A DNA stretch of 64,000 nucleotides from contig JBLYPX010000001.1 of NCBI GenBank assembly GCA_048538235.1, forward strand, positions 200,013 through 264,012, written 5' to 3'. The position numbers and the translations under genes are program-made. The notes under the pieces are model-generated. The model worked only from the letters and a program-made list of their open reading frames with translations. It searched no databases and was not told where the DNA came from. The stretch is from Candidatus Komeilibacteria bacterium. GTDB lineage: Bacteria > Patescibacteriota > Patescibacteriia > UBA1558. Below are positions 58,839 through 64,000 of this stretch, piece after piece. The number at the start of each line of letters is the position of its first letter. The stretch's first letter is position 1.

Positions 58839-59355
58839 AGAAAAAAAATTAAAAAAGAAAAAACTAAATTCAGAAGAGTTAGAACAAAAACTTGGTGAAT
58901 ATATGCAAGGTTGGCAAAGAGCTCAGGCAGATTACCAGAATTTGCAAAAAGAAACAGACAAGTGGAAAGGTGAATTTGCTCAATATGCTAAAGCAGATTT
59001 TATTCTAGAATTATTACCAGTGTATAGTAATTACAAAATTGCTTTAGAGCATATTCCAGAAGAAGATAAGCAGAAAGATTGGGTACAAGGAATACAACAT
59101 ATATTTCAACAGCTTAAAACACTATTAGATAAATTTGACGTAAAAGAAATTGAAACAGTTGGAAAGGAATTTAATCACGAATTACATGATGCGGTGGGTA
59201 CTGAATATAATGAGTCAAAAGAAGAGGATATTATTTTAAAACAAACAATGCCTGGCTATATGTTAAAAGATAAGGTTTTACAACCAGCTAAGGTAATTAT
59301 TAATAAAAAAGATATAAATTCTGATGCAGACCAGAGGTCTGCAAAGGATGAATAA
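58831..59355 (+). CDS. grpE: Nucleotide exchange factor GrpE
   Basis: ADYQNLQKE (the ADxxN(Y/F)xKR region), DPxxHEA-like HELHDAV, and the C-terminal beta domain. Confidence 0.9.
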   Translation: MPKEKKLKKKKLNSEELEQKLGEYMQGWQRAQADYQNLQKETDKWKGEFAQYAKADFILELLPVYSNYKIALEHIPEEDKQKDWVQGIQHIFQQLKTLLDKFDVKEIETVGKEFNHELHDAVGTEYNESKEEDIILKQTMPGYMLKDKVLQPAKVIINKKDINSDADQRSAKDE

Positions 59356-59367
59356 GGAGACAATATT

Positions 59368-59793
59368 ATGGCAATTATTAAATGGACACCAATGCTTGAT
59401 CCATTTGAAGAAATGGATGGAATGCTAGACATGTGGTCTGGCGCACGTGTGCCACAAGCATTTGTACCCTCAATGGACATTTACCAAACAGATAAAGAAG
59501 TAGTAGCTGAAGTTTCATTACCAGGTATTGATCCAAAGAATGTAAATGTATCTGTAGAGAACAATGTGTTAACAATCGATGGTAAATCTGAACAGCAATC
59601 TGAAGTAGATGAGAAGAATTATTATCGTAAAGAAGTACGTTGTGGTTCATTCCATAGAAGCGTGGCCTTACCAACATCAGTTGAAGCAAGTAAAGCACAA
59701 GCTGAGTATAGTGAAGGTATTTTAAAAATTAATATTCCAAAGGTAGAAAAAGAACTACCTAAGTCTATTAAAGTAGATATTAAAAAGAAATAA
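59368..59793 (+). CDS. Small heat-shock protein (Hsp20 / alpha-crystallin family)
   Basis: An alpha-crystallin domain with GILKINIPK (IxI-like) and AEVSLPG. Confidence 0.9.
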   Translation: MAIIKWTPMLDPFEEMDGMLDMWSGARVPQAFVPSMDIYQTDKEVVAEVSLPGIDPKNVNVSVENNVLTIDGKSEQQSEVDEKNYYRKEVRCGSFHRSVALPTSVEASKAQAEYSEGILKINIPKVEKELPKSIKVDIKKK

Positions 59794-60116
59794 TGGATTT
59801 TAATAAACATTCAATTAGATTGGTGCAGAATTGTCCAGTCTGCGATAGAAAGTACCAACCAAATAGAGTTCAAATTATAGATGAATTTGGTAATTCTTTC
59901 TTAGCATACTTGACTTGTAACTTTTGTCATTCTAATTTGATTGTTAAAGTTATTAGCATGCCACAAGGACTGGTGGGTAATGCAATATTAACAGATCTTA
60001 CTCCTGAAGAAGTTTTAAGATTTTCAGATGGAGCTAAAGTATCTGGTGATGACATATTAAACGTTCATCAAAGTTTAAGTAATAATGAAATATATAATTA
60101 TTTTTTAACAAAGTAA
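59793..60116 (+). CDS. Hypothetical zinc-ribbon protein inside the dnaK operon
   Basis: CPVCD...CNFCH. Confidence 0.5.
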   Translation: MDFNKHSIRLVQNCPVCDRKYQPNRVQIIDEFGNSFLAYLTCNFCHSNLIVKVISMPQGLVGNAILTDLTPEEVLRFSDGAKVSGDDILNVHQSLSNNEIYNYFLTK

Positions 60117-60120
60117 AAAT

Positions 60121-62034
60121 ATGGGAAAAATATTAGGAATAGATTTGGGTACAACCAATTCAGCTATGAGTATAATCGAAGGTGGACAACCTAAGATATT
60201 GGAAAATGCTGAAGGTAATCGTACTACACCGTCCGTCATTACGGTTAATAAAAGTGGCGAAAGATTAGTAGGACAGGCTGCTAAAAGACAGGCTGTTACT
60301 AATCCAGAGAATACTCTATTTTCAATTAAGCGTTTAATTGGAAGACATTTTAATGATGAGGAAGTTCAGGAAGATGTCAAAACTATGCCATACAAGATTG
60401 TACAGGCAGGTGAGGGTATTAAAGTTAAGATGGGAGATAAAGAACATACTCCACAAGAAATATCTGCTATGATTTTACAGAAATTAAAGGCAGATGCAGA
60501 AGCTAAGCTTGGTGAAAAGATTACAGAGGCTGTTATTACTGTGCCAGCATATTTTGACGATTCACAAAGACAAGCTACAAAAGACGCAGGTACAATTGCA
60601 GGACTGGATGTTAAAAGAATTATTAATGAGCCTACAGCTGCAGCGCTTGCTTATGGTTTTGACAAGAAAAAAGATCAACAAGTAGCTGTCTATGACTTGG
60701 GTGGTGGTACCTTTGACATTTCTATTCTAGAAGTAGCAGCAGATACTGTTGAAGTTAAATCTACTAATGGAGATACTCATCTTGGCGGTGATGACTTTGA
60801 TCAGGTATTAATTAAGTATTTAATAGATGAATTTAAGAAAGATCAAGGTATAGATTTATCTGGTGATCAAATGGCTTTACAAAGGTTAAAGGAAGCTGCT
60901 GAAAAAGCAAAGATTGAATTATCTACACAGAATGAAACAGAAATTAACCAACCATTTATTACAACAGACGCTTCTGGCCCAAAGCATTTAGTTCTTAAGA
61001 TGACTAGAGCAAAACTTGAAGAACTAGTTGGTGATCTTGTAAAAAGAACACTTGAACCAGTTAAGAAAGCTATTGAAGATTCAGGATTTAAAAAAGAAGA
61101 TATTGATGAAGTAATACTTGTTGGTGGTATGACTAGAATGCCACTTGTGCAAAAAACAGTAGAAGAATTCTTTGGTAAAAAGCCAAATATATCTATGAAT
61201 CCAGATGAAGTAGTTGCTATGGGAGCAGCTGTACAAGCTGGTGTTCTGCAAGGTGATGTTAAAGATGTACTATTATTAGACGTTACTCCTTTAACACTTG
61301 GTATTGAAACATTAGGCGGTGTATCTACACCACTTATTGAAAGAAATTCAACTATTCCAACTTCAAAGTCACAGATATTTTCTACAGCTGCAGACAACCA
61401 AACATCTGTAGAAATACATGTATTACAAGGTGAAAGACCAATGGCTCAAGATAATAAGACATTAGGTAGATTTATCTTATCTGGTATTCCACCAGCACCA
61501 AGAGGTGTTCCTCAAGTTGAGGTTAGTTTTGACATTGATGCTAATGGAATTTTAAATGTTAAGGCGCAAGATAAAGCAACTGGTACAGAACAATCTATTA
61601 CAATTACAGCTTCTTCTGGACTTTCAGAAGATGAAGTAGAGAAGATGAAGAAAGAAGCTGAAGCTCATGCAGATGAAGATAAGAAAAAGAAAGAAGAGAT
61701 TGAAACACGTAATAATGCAGAAGCTGTTATCTTTAATACAGAAAAGATATTAGAAGAGAATAAAGAGAAAATACCAGAAACTGTTAAAACAGAAGTTAAT
61801 GAAAAACTAGAAGCCTTAAAGAAAGTTAAAGATGGTTCAGATACAGAAAGTATTAAGAAAGCCTTAGATGAGCTTAATAAGACTGTAACTAAGATTGGTG
61901 AAGCAATGTATCAACAACAGCCAAAGAGTCAACCTGGCCCAGGTGCAGATAATGCTGAACAAAAGGCTTCTGAAGATAATAAGGATACAGTGGAAGGGGA
62001 GTATGAAGAGGTTAAAAAAGAAGAAACTAAATAA
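60121..62034 (+). CDS. dnaK: Chaperone DnaK (Hsp70)
   Basis: [16 protein letters not shown] and the [11 protein letters not shown] signatures. Confidence 0.97.
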   Translation: MGKILGIDLGTTNSAMSIIEGGQPKILENAEGNRTTPSVITVNKSGERLVGQAAKRQAVTNPENTLFSIKRLIGRHFNDEEVQEDVKTMPYKIVQAGEGIKVKMGDKEHTPQEISAMILQKLKADAEAKLGEKITEAVITVPAYFDDSQRQATKDAGTIAGLDVKRIINEPTAAALAYGFDKKKDQQVAVYDLGGGTFDISILEVAADTVEVKSTNGDTHLGGDDFDQVLIKYLIDEFKKDQGIDLSGDQMALQRLKEAAEKAKIELSTQNETEINQPFITTDASGPKHLVLKMTRAKLEELVGDLVKRTLEPVKKAIEDSGFKKEDIDEVILVGGMTRMPLVQKTVEEFFGKKPNISMNPDEVVAMGAAVQAGVLQGDVKDVLLLDVTPLTLGIETLGGVSTPLIERNSTIPTSKSQIFSTAADNQTSVEIHVLQGERPMAQDNKTLGRFILSGIPPAPRGVPQVEVSFDIDANGILNVKAQDKATGTEQSITITASSGLSEDEVEKMKKEAEAHADEDKKKKEEIETRNNAEAVIFNTEKILEENKEKIPETVKTEVNEKLEALKKVKDGSDTESIKKALDELNKTVTKIGEAMYQQQPKSQPGPGADNAEQKASEDNKDTVEGEYEEVKKEETK

Positions 62035-62039
62035 AATAT

Positions 62040-62324
62040 ATGGAAAATAAACCAAAGCAAGAGATTAAGATTGCTGACAATATTCCTGGTGCTGAATACA
62101 GCAATATGATGCAGGTAAGACATAATAAAGATGAATTTCAACTTATCTTTATGAATGTTATGCCACCATCAGGTAGGGTAGTTGCTAAGATTATGACTAC
62201 ACCAGGTCATATGAAAAGAATAGTAGCAGCTATGCAAGAAAATTTAAAAAAGTATGAAGATCAATTTGGAGCTATTGATGAAGCAGAGGCTCCTTCAGGT
62301 CTTGGTTTTGAAGAAAAGAAATAA
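62040..62324 (+). CDS. DUF3467-like small protein between dnaK and dnaJ
   Basis: The AEYSNMMQVRHNKDEFQLIFMNVMP pattern. Confidence 0.5.
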   Translation: MENKPKQEIKIADNIPGAEYSNMMQVRHNKDEFQLIFMNVMPPSGRVVAKIMTTPGHMKRIVAAMQENLKKYEDQFGAIDEAEAPSGLGFEEKK

Positions 62325-62334
62325 ATAAAACTTA

Positions 62335-63420
62335 ATGAGTAAAGACTACTATAGTATTTTAGGTGTAGATAAAAGTGCTTCTAAAGACGATATTAAAAAA
62401 GCTTTTAGAAAACTGGCGCATGAGCATCATCCAGATAAGGGTAATGGTAATGCAGATAAGTTTAAGGAAATAAACGAAGCTTACCAAGTATTGTCTAATG
62501 ATGATAAAAGGCATCAGTATGACCAATTTGGTTCATCTGGGCCTTTTGGTTTTGACGGAGCTCGTGCTAATTCTGGTCAAGGTGGTTTTGGTGGTGGTTT
62601 TAGCGGTGGTTTTAATATGGACGATCTGGGGGATATATTTGGTGGTTTTGGAGATATATTCGGAGGCGGCGGCAGAAGAAGATCAGGACCACAAAGAGGT
62701 AGAGATATTGAATCTAGTTTAAATATTTCTTTTGACGATTCATATTATGGAGCTGAAAAAACTATTCAATTAAGAAAACCAGTAGCTTGTAATCATTGTA
62801 AGGGAAATGGAGCAGAGCCTGGTGCCAAAGTTGAGACTTGTAAAACTTGTAATGGTTCTGGTCAAGTAAGACAAGTTCAGAATAGTATTTTTGGACAAAT
62901 GGCTACAGTTGGTATGTGTCCAGATTGTCATGGTGAAGGCAAGTCTTATTCACAGAAATGTACTAAGTGTAGTGGCCAAGGCTTAATAGATGGCATTGAA
63001 CAAATAAAAGTAAAAATACCAGCTGGTATTGGTAATGGACAAAGTCTTAAATTATCTGGTAAGGGTGAGGCAGGCGTTAAAGGTGGCTCAAATGGAGATT
63101 TATATATTACATTACAAGTCTCACCATCTGCTAAGTTTAAAAGGCAAGGTGAGAATTTATATACCAGTGTTCCTATTAGCATTACTCAGGCAACTTTAGG
63201 AGATAAGATTGATGTTAGTACCGTTGAAGGTGAAGTTAAGTTAAAGATTCCTGCTGGAACAAAATCTGGTAAGCAGTTTATTATTCGTGGTAAGGGTATG
63301 CCAAAACTTAATGGAAGAGGTAATGGCAGCTTATATGTAGAAGTGGAAATTAATATACCAAGTAAGTTAACTCGTGATCAAAAGAAATTACTTGAAAAAT
63401 TACAAAAAGAAGGATTATAG
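62335..63420 (+). CDS. dnaJ: Chaperone DnaJ
   Basis: A J domain with HPD, a G/F region, and four CxxCxGxG zinc repeats. Confidence 0.95.
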   Translation: MSKDYYSILGVDKSASKDDIKKAFRKLAHEHHPDKGNGNADKFKEINEAYQVLSNDDKRHQYDQFGSSGPFGFDGARANSGQGGFGGGFSGGFNMDDLGDIFGGFGDIFGGGGRRRSGPQRGRDIESSLNISFDDSYYGAEKTIQLRKPVACNHCKGNGAEPGAKVETCKTCNGSGQVRQVQNSIFGQMATVGMCPDCHGEGKSYSQKCTKCSGQGLIDGIEQIKVKIPAGIGNGQSLKLSGKGEAGVKGGSNGDLYITLQVSPSAKFKRQGENLYTSVPISITQATLGDKIDVSTVEGEVKLKIPAGTKSGKQFIIRGKGMPKLNGRGNGSLYVEVEINIPSKLTRDQKKLLEKLQKEGL

Positions 63421-63445
63421 TTTTTACTTGTGATATAATACAGTT

Positions 63446-64000
63446 ATGAGTGAAGAATTAACTGTAGCTACAAATCAATTAGCAGATGGAGTATCAACAC
63501 TTGGCTGGGCATCGCCCAGCTGGGATATTATGTTGATACTTATTTTTATTGTAGCAGCTCTTGTTTTTAGCATGTCCTTTGGTAGAAGAAGAGTAGTGGT
63601 TTTATTATTTTCAATATACATATCTTTAGCAGTTGTAAATACTTTACCATATTTAGAAAATATATTTTCAGACAATTGGTTAGATAAATTATTTGCTGTT
63701 AAGATAGCAGTTTTTCTAACAGTGTTTATAGGTCTATATATTTCTTTGAATAGATCAGCTCTATTAAGATATATGCGTGGCTCTTCTCAGTTTACGCCCT
63801 CTTGGCAAGTAATGGCTTTATCTTTATTACACACCGGTCTATTAATATCTATTACTCTATCTTTTTTACCGCTAAATTTGGTAGAGTATTTATCCTTTTT
63901 TACAAAGTCAGTATTTGTATCTGAAGGTGGTCAATTCTTTTGGATGGTAGCACCTATTATTACTTTAGGGTTAATAAAAAAGCCGTCTAAAAGACAGCTT
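63446..64000 (+). CDS. Hypothetical polytopic membrane protein, 3'-partial with no stop before the window end
   Basis: The frame is open from ATG 63446 to the edge. Several TM helices. Confidence 0.4.
   Translation, partial: MSEELTVATNQLADGVSTLGWASPSWDIMLILIFIVAALVFSMSFGRRRVVVLLFSIYISLAVVNTLPYLENIFSDNWLDKLFAVKIAVFLTVFIGLYISLNRSALLRYMRGSSQFTPSWQVMALSLLHTGLLISITLSFLPLNLVEYLSFFTKSVFVSEGGQFFWMVAPIITLGLIKKPSKRQL

Overview
This is a 64 kb window from an AT-rich (about 30% GC), gene-dense bacterial chromosome. Almost every gene sits on the + strand, and many have overlapping start and stop codons. Most host genes lack a Shine-Dalgarno sequence. The content is dominated by housekeeping genes, with small proteins and a reduced-genome character. 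The overall gene set resembles a Patescibacteria/CPR-like or similarly streamlined anaerobe; that is inference only. Reading frames are intact under the standard code.

The housekeeping content includes:
- ybeY-dgkA
- pheS-pheT and gyrB
- secE-nusG-rplK-rplA
- a phage-like dTMP-synthesis cassette (comEB, a dNMP-kinase-like gene, dut, thyA, folA, tmk)
- gatB, asnS, aspS
- scpA-scpB-rluB
- tpiA-fba
- a PerR/Fur-rubredoxin-peroxiredoxin-desulfoferrodoxin oxidative-stress operon
- a CIRCE-controlled hrcA-grpE-hsp20-dnaK-dnaJ operon
- four tRNAs: Thr-GGT, Tyr-GTA, Thr-TGT and Trp-CCA
- rpmG, hup and mscS
- a sugar-use operon (ROK kinase, GH1 beta-glucosidase, EamA transporter, glycoside hydrolase)
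- a membrane glycosylation module of a GT2 plus two PMT/ArnT-like GT-C enzymes

Several short islets stand out against this backbone. They have higher GC and strong AGGAGG ribosome-binding sites, and they are flanked by hairpin terminators. The most notable, at about 55.9-57.2 kb, pairs an MdnC-like ATP-grasp ligase with a 51-aa peptide. The peptide's C-terminus, TPTYRSDTDDHDA, mimics the microviridin core TxKYPSDxEE, which makes this a candidate graspetide (omega-ester RiPP) locus. Other islets are:
- a two-gene insert where rplJ-rplL would normally follow rplA
- a small protein paired with an ICMT-family methyltransferase
- a small ORF followed by a GC-rich structured RNA-like region
- a translationally coupled trio of an ATP-cone/Mrr-type nuclease, an RNHCP protein and a YjjX ITPase

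I found no rRNA, no CRISPR array, and no transposase or integrase.
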